Positions 28,301 to 40,903 of a stretch of 64,000 nucleotides of DNA are shown piece after piece; the stretch's first letter is position 1, and the number at the start of each line of letters is the position of its first letter. Below the pieces are notes generated by a model. It was not told the DNA's origin, did not search any database, and saw nothing but the letters and a program-made list of their open reading frames with translations. Location of the stretch: contig NC_091980.1 in assembly GCF_044704955.1 (NCBI RefSeq), positions 129,332,001-129,396,000 of the forward strand, written 5' to 3'. The DNA is from Pristiophorus japonicus (taxonomy: Eukaryota). Made by a program: the position numbers and the translations under genes.

Positions 28301-31300
28301 ATAGGAACTTGCTTGGAACCTGGGTGCATGAGGCTTCGTCGACGGACAAAAGCGCTCGGACGTCATCCCAGTTTCAGCGGATTTTCCCCAGCCATCTTCT
28401 GCCAAACAACGTGGGGCCATCCCCTGGCACAATCCACAGTGGGAGTTCATGTACTGCTCCATCATAGGAGACTTTGACTTCAGCACTGCCAATTACAGGG
28501 ATTAGTTCTGTTATGTTTGTAACCTTCACATAACTGTAACCAATATGTAACAACACTGTACACTGTATACAACTGTGAAATACACACCTTGACCACAGTG
28601 GGTGAACTTGTAGGAGACACTCCTCATCTGGTCAGCCAGGTACTTAAAGGGAGGTTCCACGCAAGCTCAGCACTCCGTGGTCCTAGGAATAAAGGTGCAG
28701 GTCATGTAGTGACCTTGTCTGCAGGACAAGCCTCGTATGACTTTATAGTACAGTGCAGAGACACCACATTTGGCGACGGGAAACGCGAATTAACGACTCA
28801 CGAGGATGGCCACCATGAAAGGTACTGTGTTGGTGAGGACTGGGACGATTTCGTTGAGAGGCTCCAGCAGAACTTTGTCACGAAGGACTGGCTGGGAGAG
28901 GCAGCAGCCGACAAGTGAAGGCAGCACCTACTTACCAGCTGTGGGTCTAAGACGTATGCGCTGATGAAAGACCTGCTCACACCTGAGAAGCTGGCAACAA
29001 AACCTTTGAGGAGCTCAGTAAACTGATCGGCGAGCACCTCAAACCAGCGAGCAGCATACAAATGGACCGACACCGATTCTATTCACACAGACGTCAGGAG
29101 GGACAAAGCATACCAGACTTCGTTGCAGACCTTCGGCGTTTAGCTAGCCTCTGTAAATTCACAGTTGCCGACAGCGGGGAGATGTTAAGGGATTTCTTCA
29201 GTTAAGGGATTTGGTCATGCTGGGTTTTTCAGGAAGCTTATTGGGACCAAGGACTTGACTTTGCAAAGTGCAGTTTTGATAGCTCAGACCTTCTTAGCAG
29301 GGGAAGGGGAGACCAAGATAGTTTAGGTGCACAGCCCTGGTTTCAACGTGGTGATGAATCAGGGAGTTAATGGTAAAAAAGACACAGAACCCCGCAGGCA
29401 GGCAAGGGCAATTTGACACCGCTCAGGCAGGCAAGGGCAATTCGACACTGCCCAGGCAGCAACAGATTCCAGGGTGGGACAGCAACAGAGACAATGGCAG
29501 GAGGATCGGCAATTCACACCATCACAAGGGACAATGCGTCCCGGGATGGGACCATTGACACTCAGCAACAGAGTGATCAGAAGTAATCAAAGAGACAATC
29601 AGAGAGGAATGCCTGGTAACAGTCCATTTGTCCACAACAATCTCAGCTCATGCTGGAGGTGTGGTGGCAGACACACTGCAAAAACCTGCAGGGTTCAACA
29701 ATTTATCTGCAATAGCTACAATTTCAAGGGACATTTGGCCAGAATGTGTAGAAAACCCATAGCGAGGTTAATTTACGAGGCAGAGGAACCAGATGAAGAG
29801 TCTGCAAGACAGTTGGATGCTTGGGGCACAGCCATGGATGCTGAAGTTCAGCGGGTTCACGTGGCAGACATCCAGAGCTCATACACTAAAACGCCGCCTA
29901 TGATGATGAAAGTTCTATTAAATGGCATCCCTGTACACATGGAGCTGGACACAGGAGCTAGACAGTCACTTATGAGTGTCCAACAATTCGAAAGACTATG
30001 GCCACATAAAGCTAGCAGACCCAAACTAGAACGCATTGAGACGCAATTACGAATGTACACCAAAGAGATCATCCCAGTGCTCGGCAGTGCAAATTTGGTG
30101 GTCACACATAATGAATCAGAGAACGGGCTGCCACTCTGGATTGTCCCGGAGAATTGGTCCTGCGCTTTTTGGGAGGAACTGGCGAGCCGAGATGAACTGG
30201 AAATGGGGGGATGTGCACGCCATTTCATCTGTGGAGCGAAGTTCATGCTCACAGGTCCTCCAGAAATTTGAATCACTATTTCACCCTGGTGTCGGGAATT
30301 TCAAGGGCGCCAAAGTAGTGATACGCATCAGTCCAGTGCACCACAAAGCCAGAGCCGTGCCGAATGTGATGCGTGAGAAAATTGAGAGGTAGTTGGACAG
30401 GCTGCTAAGAGAGGGCATAATATCGCTTGTTGAATTCAGTGACTGGGCAAGCTCCATCGTCCCTGTCCTTAAAGCGGCTAGCTCGGTCAGGATTTGTGGC
30501 GACTACAAGGCCACCATCAACCAAGTGTCACTACAGGACCAATACCAGCTTCCAAGAGCGGAGGATCTTTTTGCCACGCTAGCAGGTGGTAAATTGTTCA
30601 CCAAGTTGGACCTCACTTCAGCCTACATGACCATGGAACTGGCGGATGAGTCCAAGCTACTAACCAACATCACTACGCACAAGGGGCTATTTGTTTACAA
30701 AGGTGTCCGTTTGGCATTCGATCAGCAGCCGCTAGCTTCCAGAGGAACATGGAAAGCTTGCTTAAATCCATTCCTGGCACAATCGTATTCCAAGATGGCA
30801 TCCTCATCACGGGTTGAGACACCGAGGAACACCTCCACAACCTGGAGGAGGTGCTACGCCGACTGGACCAAATAGGCTTGCGACTAAAGAAGTCCAATTG
30901 TGTGTTTTTGGCCCCAGATGTCGAGTTTTTGGGCAGGAGGATTGCCGCAGATGGGATCCATTCTACCGAATCTAAAACGGAGGCGATCCGTCGTGCGTTG
31001 CGGCCTGGCAACACATCGGAGTTGCGGTCATTCCTGGGACTCTTAAACTACTTCGGGAATTTTCTGCCGAACTTAAGTACATTGTTGGAGCCACTACACG
31101 TGCTCTTGCGTAAGGGTTGCGAATGGTTTTGAGGGGACTGTCAGGAACGGGCTTTCAATCGGGCGCGGAACCTGCTTTGTTTAATAAGCTGTTGACCTTA
31201 TACAAGCCCTGTAAGAAACTGGTTTTAACGTGTGATGCATCATCCTGTGGGGTTGGGTGTGTGTTGCAGCAGAGTAATGATGAGGGCAAACTTCAACCTG

Positions 31301-34300
31301 TGGCTTTTGCCTCCAGGTCGTTCTCCCAGGCAGAACGAGGATATGGGATGTTTGAAAAGGAAGCACTCACATGTGTCTATTGGGTAAAAAAATGCACCAG
31401 TACCTTTTTGGCAGAAGGTTCGAGTTAGAAACGGACCACAAGCCGTTAACATCCTAGTTGTCCGACAGCAAGGCTGTCAATGCCAATGCGTCAGCTCGCA
31501 TACAGCGATGGGCTTTCACGCTGGCTGCGTATGATTACACCATACGGCACCGACCAGGCACCGAAAATTGCACTGATGCACTCAGCAGGCTCCCACTGAC
31601 GACTATTGAGGGGACATCGGAGTAAAGTGCAGAGATGGTCATGGCCGTTTATGCTTTCGGCAGCGCAGGCTCCTCCATCACAGCCCGTCAGATCAAAATC
31701 TGGACCAACAGAGATCCCCTCCTATCACTGATAAAGAAATGTGTCCTGACTGGGGATTGGGCGCCCGCACACGGAGCGTGCCCCAAGGAGGTCAGACCGT
31801 TTCACTCTCCATCCAAGCCGACTGCCTATTATGGGGCAGCCGGGTGGTCATGCCCCAGAAAGGAAGGGAAGCCTTCATCAGGGAACTCCACAGCGAGTAC
31901 CCAGGCATTGTGCTCATGAAGGCCATTGCCCGGTCACATGTATCATGGCCGGGAATTGACTCAGACCTGGAACACTGTTTTCGTAGGTGCACGACGTGTG
32001 CTCAGTTGGGAAATGCCCCGAGGGTGGCCCCCCTCAGCCCATGGCCCTGGCCCACCAAGCCATCGTCACGCATTCACGTCGACTATGTGGGCCCGTTTAT
32101 GGGAAAAATGTTCCTGATTGTTGTCGATGCATACTCGAAATGGATCGAGTGCATCATATTGAATCCATGCACGACATTCACCACTGTGGAGAGTCTGCGC
32201 ACGGTATTTGTGACCCACGGCTTGCCAGACATCCTAGTTAGCGACAATGGCCCGTGTTTTACGAGCTATGAATTCCAGGAGTTTATGTTGGGTAATGGTA
32301 TCAAACACGTCAGGACAGCGCCGTTCAAGCCGGCTTCCAATGGCCATGCGGAATGTGCGGTTCAAATCATAAAACAGGGCATGCTCCGGATTCAAGGACC
32401 CTCTCTTCAGTACCGCCTATCGCGCCTCCTGCTGGCCTATATGTCCCGCCCGCATTCACTCACGGGAGTCCCGCTGGCGGAACTACTCATGAAACACATG
32501 CTTAAAATGCGGTTGTCCCTCATTCATCCTGCTCTGTAGGACATTGTTGAGGGCAAGCGCCAGTCCCAAATCGAGTGCCATGATCGCAACCCAGTGGGGA
32601 GATGCACAGAAATCAATGACCCTGTATTCGTTCTCAATAACGCATTGGGACCCATGTGGCTTGAGGGCACTGTAATAGGCAAAGAGGGGAATAGGGTCAT
32701 AGTGGTCAGACTAAACAATGGGCAGATATGCCGCAAACATCTGGACCAGGTAAAGAAAAGGTTCAGCATGGACACTGAGGAACCTGAAGAAGACTATGGG
32801 ATGTCAACCACACCACTGCCAGTGAACGAGCAACAAGGACATTCAACAGCATGCACAGTCCCTGCAGCCAGGCCGGAGAGGCTGGAACCAACTCAGGCGA
32901 CAGAGATACATGCCACAGTTCAACCACCAGAGCCACAACTTTGGCGCTCCACGAGAGAGCGTCGACCGCCTGAAAGACTCAATCTTTGACCCAAAGACAT
33001 TAGGGGGGAGGTGATGTCATGTTTGTAACCTTCACATAACTGTAACCAATATGTAACAACACTGTACACTGTACACAACTGTGAAATACACGCCTTGACC
33101 ACAGGGGGTGAACTTGTAGGAGACACTCCTCACCTGGGCAGCCAGGTACTTAAAGGGAGGTTCCACGCAGGCTCAGCACTCTGTGGTCCTGGGAATAAAG
33201 GTGCAGGTCATGTAGTGACCTTGTCTGCAGTACATGCCTCGTGTGACTTTATAGTACAGTGCTGAGACACCACAAGTTTCTTGGTATAAATCCTTAGTTT
33301 AGTGTGATTGGGGCTGAGCTTGGGCCTGTGTGCTTTCTTTCCCCACAGCTTGTCAAAGGCCTTTTTACTCATTATGGACTGACTTGTCCCCGTGTCCAGC
33401 CGCATAGTTACTGGAATGTCATTCAGTTCAACTTTCAACTTAATAGGTGGGCAGTTTATCATGAATGTGTGTACCCTGGACATTTTTGCCTCCTCAGTAC
33501 GAGTTTCCAATTCAGTCTGATCCACTGTGGATCGATCTTCCTCTGCAATGTGGTGGTTTGCAGTATTTGCAGAGTTTGCAGCTCGCCTGCACATTCATTG
33601 GAGGTGTCCCATAGTTCTGCAACTATTGCATGCATGGGGCTGATGATCACCTCCACAGCGCCAACATGGTGTTAACTGCCTCGCATTAACAGATGATGGC
33701 GGATTCTGGGTCAATTGAGGTCGGGCCACAGCAGCCGGCTTGTACGTTCAGCCATGTACATTTCTGCTCGAGACCGATGTTACTTTATGCAAAGTACTGG
33801 CAGAAACTTTTTTTTCTGTGAAATCTGCTTAGTTTTGCTGCTGGTGGACCTAAGTGCCTGGGCTATCGTTATGGCTTTACTGAGGTTCGGAGTTTCTACA
33901 GTCAACAGTTTGCGAAGGATTGTCTCATGTCCGATGCCCAGTACAAAAAAGTCTCTGAGCAGTTGTTCTAGGAATCTCTCAAACTCACAATGTCATTCGA
34001 GGCTTCTTAGTTTGGCGACATAGCTCACCACTTCCTTGCCCTCCGATCATTGACATGTGTAGAACCGATATCTCGCCATCAAAATGCTTTCCTTAGGATT
34101 TAGGTGCTCCCGGACCACAATTCTTCGTAGGATTTCTCTGTTGCTTTTGCCGGGGCCAGTAGATCCTTCAAGATGCCATAGTTTGTTGCCCCACAGAAAG
34201 TTAGGAGGAGCGCCCTTTGTTTGATGGCATTCTCGTCCCCTTCTAGCTCATTGGCCACAAAGTATTGCTTGAGTCTCTCCACGAAGACCTCCCAATCATG

Positions 34301-34581
34301 CAACTTCTCCAGGATGCCGACTGTTCTTAGCATTTTCGCGCAGGTGCTCGTTACCTCATCGCCCATTGTTAAACTCGTAATAAATGCTTAGACTGAGTAT
34401 TGTGTGCAATGAGCAAGTGTGACCTTAGCTCCTTTATTACAATTCCAGAGTGCAGGTACCTCGTAGGTGGACTGCTTATATACTGAGCTACCACAGAATA
34501 CTGGAATCCCTTGGGACTGCAACGGGTGGATCCTCTGATAGTCAGGTGTGATGCAGGTTGCAAGGGGTTTAATACATAACA
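25361..34581 (-). mobile_element. Ty3/Gypsy LTR retrotransposon (outer, decayed); LTRs 34367-34581 and 25361-25532
   Basis: TG..CA LTRs, PBS-like TGGGCGATGAG and PPT GGGGGAGTGA; order gag, protease (LDTGTS), RT (VFQDE), RNase H, integrase (SDNRP); many stops; no clean TSD seen. Confidence 0.92.
28509..33274 (+). mobile_element. Ty3/Gypsy LTR retrotransposon (inner, nested); LTRs 28509-28768 and 33015-33274
   Basis: 260-bp LTRs with ~13 differences by eye, PBS TGGCGACGGG, PPT AGGGGGGAGG, TSD AGTTC/AGTTT; zinc knuckle CWRCGGRH, MELDTGA, RT, integrase HVDYVGP/SDNG; frameshifted. Confidence 0.95.
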
Positions 34582-35730
34582 CTCATGGTATTGAGTTTGT
34601 AAATTGATGGAGCTTGGTGGGGGGGGGGGGGTTCAGAAAGAGGGGGAAGAGTGCTTCGCGCCAGAGAAATATCGATTTAACTTGCTTTATTTTGTAAGAT
34701 ATTTGTTTTACATATTTAATGAAATACATTTACTCCATACAGATGGATTGTCTAGAGTTGTAGTTCAGGTCCAAAGGTGCAACTCATCCTTCAATACCTT
34801 ACTTGAGAGCGTGTGGAAGGGGGTTGGCGAGGAAGGTGAAATATTTTCAGAACCAAGTTGTATCCTCTCCCGCCCAGAAATTTACACATTTCCACCGCAA
34901 CTGGAGTAATTATGTTTCAGATTACTTTCCCAAGTACCCAATTGTAGTTGCCTTCAGTACCATGTGTTCCAGGAGCTGTCACAATGAGCTCTGACACCAC
35001 AGTGCTATTTTACCCACAAAGCTGACAGCAGCAGCAATGAGTTGGTTAAGTGAGCAAACTGCAGCATATCCCACAAGAGTAACTCAGTCAGATTGGTACA
35101 AGCTCATTTTTTGAAGAAATACTACGTAAAGTGCTTTCCTAGGGTACTTACCATTCTTAATAGGATTGATCCATGGAATGAAATGGTGCAACACTACTTC
35201 ATTGTTAAAATGTACAGAGAGTTTCTCAACATTATAGCAGCTGATATTTTGTTGTATTGAGGGATTAAAGAGAGAGTTGCTGTTGATGCAAATGGCAGAG
35301 AGAATTGGGCCAAGTTCGAGAATTCCCTTCCTAAAAATTCTCTCCCCCACCTCTGACACTCCTTAAAACCTTCCTCTTTGTCCAACAGTGTCACCTGTGG
35401 CTCAGATGCAAATTGTGAATTAAATTAGATCTTCAAAGCAGGAGCCTGATAATCCAGACAAAAATCAGACTTGCACGAGAAGGAGCGAGGGCAATAAAGT
35501 GGATACAGAGCCCCGTGTAATTCTGGCCTAAAGTTAATCTGAAAATAAGCAACCACTCATTCAAATTTACAAGGAGACAAAAAACAGGAGACAGCACTGA
35601 ACAGTTTATTTACATTTCACATCAAGAGCCCAGGTCTCAGCTCTTTGTACAAAGTCACAAGCCCCCATTCCCTGCAGAATTGGAGGGGTGGGTTCCTCAA
35701 TTATATTAACACAGGGACTGAACACAAGCT

Positions 35731-38007
35731 TCAGTCACTCTCTCCAAGGCTATGCTTGTCAAACAGGTACTCCCCCATGCCATTCTCAGGGGCTCCCAGT
35801 CTCTTCAGGTTGGTGATGTGATCTCCAAACTTCTTGATCATCATTACTTGTTCATCCAAGTAGTGGGTCTCCAGGAAGTCACACAACTGAAGGAGAAGAG
35901 GAAAACAAGTTATGGCCAGTATCTGAAAGTTGTGATTTTAATCCTCTTGGACTGGGGCATTGTCTAATGGGGTAATTAAGATTGATGTAAATTTGCTTTA
36001 ATGATCCAGTAACTCTGTACAATGGGTACTTAAATCCTGGAAACACATTCATGTCCACAGTAGGCCAACCTCCCGGTCCTCTCCCCAATTAACTGAAGAA
36101 CCCAGGAGAGAAACCCCAACACAACACTATTGGGCAGAGATCTTTGGTGTAGGCTTGAGGACAGCAATGTTCCACGACCTCCAAATTACCCAGAAACCCA
36201 CATGAGACACTTACATAAGGGTCAGTGCTCCCAGTGGAGCGTTTGTGCAGATCCAGCAGACTCTGGTTCACATTCTTCTCCATCTGCAGAGCTCTCTGCA
36301 TCACCTCCAGACCATTGCTCCACTCATCCTGCTCTGGTTTCTGAAGAGGAAAGTCACAGGCCATTCACTTACAATCAATTAAACAAAATACATGAGAAAG
36401 TAGAAGGAAGACAAGTGAAAAAGCAACCAGACATCCAGATAACCATAAACAATGTGTCACAGGATGATGCAATTATTGCATTCCACCACCAGGACCATGG
36501 AATCAAATCCAGAAAGAAAGCTAGTTGTTTATTGAAACAAACCTTGATGTCAGACAAGATGATCCGGCCTCCACGTCGATTCTGGAATTGCATCAGTTTC
36601 TCATTCCTCATGTGACTGCTCCTTGAAGAACTCAGCAAAATGACACAGGGCAACATCATCCCGGTCAAAGTAGAAAGACTGCAGAGAGAATTTTAAACAG
36701 CTTCTTCAGACATAGATAATGCAAGATTATTTCCCCCCCCCCGCAGTTAGTGAATTCTTAATCTTACAAAAATACCAACCATTTGTGAACTAGCTTAAGT
36801 GCAATTCGCTTCACTAATCGAAGTTGGATAGCTGCTCCTCCCAATAACAGGATGAAAGATGTCAAATCAAACTCAATTCTACTCTTGAACAAGTAATACT
36901 TCCCATCATTCACAAACACTGTTAACAAAGGCTGTGTCTGTCCTCAGGTGGATGTGAAAGATCAAGAAATTGAGTAGATTAGGCCTCCATTCTTCCAGAG
37001 AAAGAGGATCTCAGGGAAACATTCAAAATTCTTACAGGGCTGGTGTGTGGAGATGTAGGAAGGTTTCTTCCCCTAGCTGGGGAGTCGAGAACCAAGGGTC
37101 AGCCATTTAGGATTGATAATGAGAAATTCCCTCTGTGGGTGGTGATTCACTACCCCGGAGGGCTGTAATAGCTCAGCAGTTGAGCATATTCAAAACAGAT
37201 CAATACGATCATTGGATATTTAGGGAATCAAGCAATATGGGGACAGTGCAGGATAGTAGAGTTGAGGAAGATGATTGCACGACAGAGCAAGCATGAGGGT
37301 CCAAATGGCCTACACTCACTCCTGCTCATATGTTCCACATAACAGGTAACTACACTTAACACCTTCATTGACTACATAGCACTTTAGGACATGCCAAGGT
37401 AGTGAAAGGCACTATAGAAATTATTCTTCCATTCTAATCCAAGATTGGACATGGAGTGAGAAAAATCCTCCACTCCAGTAGTTTACACAGTAATAGTGTA
37501 ATAGAGATCTCAGCAAGGCTCCAACACCAGGATTCTCAGTACTTCACCTCCAATTAATGAGAACACTAGTGAAAACCTGCCCACATTTCACTCACAACAG
37601 TCCCCCCAATGAAACTGAACATTGTTTCAGGTCAACAGGCCCCTGATCAGGTTTGTGCTCTTCTGTCACACACTCAGGCAGCAGCAGAGCTGGTTTCAGA
37701 TATTAAACCTCAAGAGGGCAACTGCTACAGGGAGCAGTCCATTAACTCAACAAGTTTGTCTGTATTACACACCTGAAGTCTTCACTGCCCAAAGACTCTG
37801 CTCTCCCAGGGAAGGAAGTTCAGGGAAATACAGCTTAAAGCCAGTTCATGGGACTGGAGAATATCCAACTTTTCAGAATGCAGCAACAAGGAATACAAGA
37901 CTCACCATGGAGAGGTAAACATAGGAGGAACAGAGCTCCATGTTGATCTGCTTGTTGACAGCAGCCTCACAGTCCTTGTGGTAGTTCTGACACACTTGGG
38001 AGGCCAT
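35731..38007 (-). pseudogene. fth1: Ferritin copy 4, frameshifted (exon1 37906-38007, exon2 36543-36678, exon3 36215-36340, exon4 35731-35886)
   Basis: Exon 2 is 136 nt instead of 147; an 11-nt deletion removes the R63-A66 codons and gives CAT GAG GAA TGA (stop at 36601-36603). Confidence 0.9.
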
Positions 38008-38066
38008 CATGACTATGTATATTACTGCACAATTCAAGAACTAATCCTTTCTCTCACATGCACCTG

Positions 38067-38226
38067 TATTTATACTACTGGGGCAGCCTGCATTCACACA
38101 CGGAATGACAGCACCAATGATGATTGACAATCCCTGATAGCCAATCAGGAATCTCCCTTCAATCCAAGCACCAATTAACAAAGGAGAGGGGGTTTAGGGG
38201 CGGGAGGTTGAGGCCCAGAGCCAATC
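38067..38226 (-). promoter_or_regulatory. Copy 4 core promoter
   Basis: TATAAATA at 38067-38074, CCAAT at 38114, 38141, 38171, 38221, GGGGCGGGAG near 38200. Confidence 0.65.
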
Positions 38227-39591
38227 AGAGCTTTGGAAAACAGGCCATTCAACCCAACCAGCCCATGCCGGTGTTGTGCTCCACTCGAGCCTCCCGTCTT
38301 TCATTGTCCAAATCTATCAGAAAAAGCCTCTATTCCCTTCTCCCTCTTATGCTTGTCTCGCCTCCCTTTAAATGCTTCCCTACTATTCACCTAAACCACT
38401 CCCTGTGGTAGTGAGTTCCATAATCTCACCACTCTCTGCGTAAATAAATTTCTCCTGAATTCCCTATTGGATTTCTTGGTGACTATCTTATATTGATGGC
38501 CTCTAGTTTTGCTCTACCCCACAAGTGGAAACATTCTCTCTTTCAAAGCTTTCATAATTGTAAGGACCTTTATTAGGCCACCTTCAGCCTGTTCATCCTT
38601 TCCTGATAGGTATACCCTCACATTTCTGGTATCATCCTTGTAAATCTTTTTTACACCCTCTTCAGTTGTTCTGTAACTGTGCCTCATTATAGATTCATAC
38701 AGCACAGAAGGAGGCCATTCAGCCCATTGTGCCTTTGCAGGCTCTTTGAAAGAGTGATCCAATTAGTCCCACTCCTCAGCTCCTTCACCATAGTCCTGCA
38801 ATGTTTTTCTTTTCTCCTATATATGCAATTCCCTTTTCAAAGTTACTGTTGAATCTGCTTCCACTGCCCTTTCAGGCAGTGTGTTCCAGATCACAACAAC
38901 TCGCTGTGTAAAAACAATTCTCATCTCTCCTCTCTGGTCCTTTGCCTTTCATGTTGGTGTTTCTCTGAGATCCAAAGCCGTGATGTCTGGTTTCAGTGCA
39001 GAAGTGGTTCAGTCCTGGATTAGCTGATGAAACGCGTTCGCTTGGATTAAAACTCTGTTTTAGATGGGTCAAAGGGGGTGGCAGTGATTCAGATCAAGAG
39101 CCACCAATCATACCACTGGTCCTTATAATTATGAAAAGTTTTGATAGAGTGGCTAGAGAGAGAATGTTGAACCACCTGAACCGAAAATGTATCGGGTATT
39201 TATACCTGTATTGGTTGAAGGATCTATGATGCAGTCACAAAGGGCTTTGAGCAAACTGATGGACATCACATGGTCACACTCAATGGCCACCCAGGTAGGC
39301 ACCAGAGACTTTGATTCAGGCCTGTGGTTACGGAATCTGGGGGAACCTTTGATTGATACTTTGCACAGGATCTCTTTGAATTCAGTGTCACTCCCTGTGG
39401 GGAGTAGGGATGGTGATAGGCACAGAAAGCCCAAGGTGGTGAGAAGCTTCCTTTGCAATTTATGAAGTTTCATACAATAGCAAAGATCGGATAAGGTGAC
39501 TGGAAACTTTGAGAGAGGAATGACTGAAGACGGCAATTTCATTTCACTCACTGCAGTTCTCAACAAATTAATTTATAAACATTGGATAAAT

Positions 39592-40030
39592 CATCAGCAT
39601 TATAGACAGTCCCTCGAACAAGGATGACTTGCTTTCACAGGAGATCATAGATCTCTCAATGAAGGACCCGATGTTCTAGTCCTGAACTCCAATTGAAGGG
39701 GTGTAAGATGCCTGTGTGTGGATTTTATTATCGTGGTTAGAATTGCACATCAGCCACCACACGGGCTTGACCGAGCTAGGCCTTTATCCCGTGGCGAGTG
39801 GTAACCAAGATGACCTGGAGGCCTGCTCTGCTGCATGGACCTAGTGCGCACACATATCACAGTGTGGTCTGGCCCTTGCTGCCCTTGGGTCTTCCGCTCT
39901 TCTGGGCACCGTACCCACATTTGCCGCACCTACGCCACGATCTCTCGCCGCTCCTCCACCACAAACATTCTCTGCTCCTCTGTCAAACATTCGCCGCACT
40001 TCCGCCACGATCTCTAAGCGCATCTCCGCC
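39592..40030 (-). mobile_element. Non-autonomous RTE-tailed element, 3' part of a larger TSD-bounded insert
   Basis: Homologous to 17753-18190; decayed (GAT)n tail starts at 39592. Confidence 0.7.
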
Positions 40031-40903
40031 ACAAGAACTAAACTATTTAAGCTTCCTTATTAAGCTAACATCCAGTGGCAACCTGAAGATCATTTGCCAC
40101 ATATGTAAATTCATTCATTCATCTCTCAAATCTGAGCATATTTTGGAAACAAATTAACTTTTGTTATAAACATCTCTAATAAAGTTAGACTAAATGTTAC
40201 AGAATCAGAATAATTTCAGTTCGCATTACACTAAATCATAACAAACATACTAAACGTCAGTCATGAAAATATACTAAATATGATGAATTAATTGTAAATC
40301 TATCCGCTTAGAACGAATTTTCCATGGAAGTAACTTTGTTGATATTGTCTCTTTTATCCAACCTTTCCTTTTGTAATTGGTCTTCATTATATTCTCTAAA
40401 TCCTCTTTCTGATTTATCAATCTCCAACTCTCAGATACTGTAGCTCTGTTTATTTTGACTCTCCCTCAGTTATTCTTTCACTGGTCTGCATCTCTCTCCA
40501 ACTTTGTCCTTCAAAATGTCCAGCTCTTTTTGCTTTCTTGTCCCTTCAAATTCCTCCACCTCTATTTTGTTCATCTCTCTTGCATTCAGAATCCTGCTTT
40601 GCCGTCCTCTCTCTTCAGCTCTCTTCCTTTTGTCCATCAGATTTCCAGTTTCATTTTGTTCATCTTAATTTTGAATTTTTTCCAGCATCCCCACCCTCTC
40701 ATTTGATTTTACCTCTTGGTCCTCTTAAGATAGGACACATGCAGCAGAATTCTAAATGAGCGGATATTTACGGAGAGTTGAGGATGGTATGCTGGCCAGG
40801 AGAGCTTTGGAATAGTCGAGACTAAAGGTGACAAAGGCATGGAAGAGAGTTTCGGCAGCAGATAGACTGGGAAGGCAGTGAGCAATATTATGGAGATGAA
40901 AGT

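Noticed and set aside
29395-29452. 29-nt duplication in inner Gypsy gag as a programmed frameshift
   Set aside because: No slippery heptamer is evident and the element has many other lesions; simple decay is more likely.
38014-38040. CAGTAA hairpin in copy 4 UTR as an alternative IRE
   Set aside because: The loop lacks G5, the stem is weak, there is no bulged C, and it is not conserved in copy 6.
39153-39566. 137-aa minus-strand ORF in a block present three times
   Set aside because: The paralogue near 24.8-25.1 kb has a stop and a different frame, and the one near 62.6 kb is truncated; no recognisable domain.
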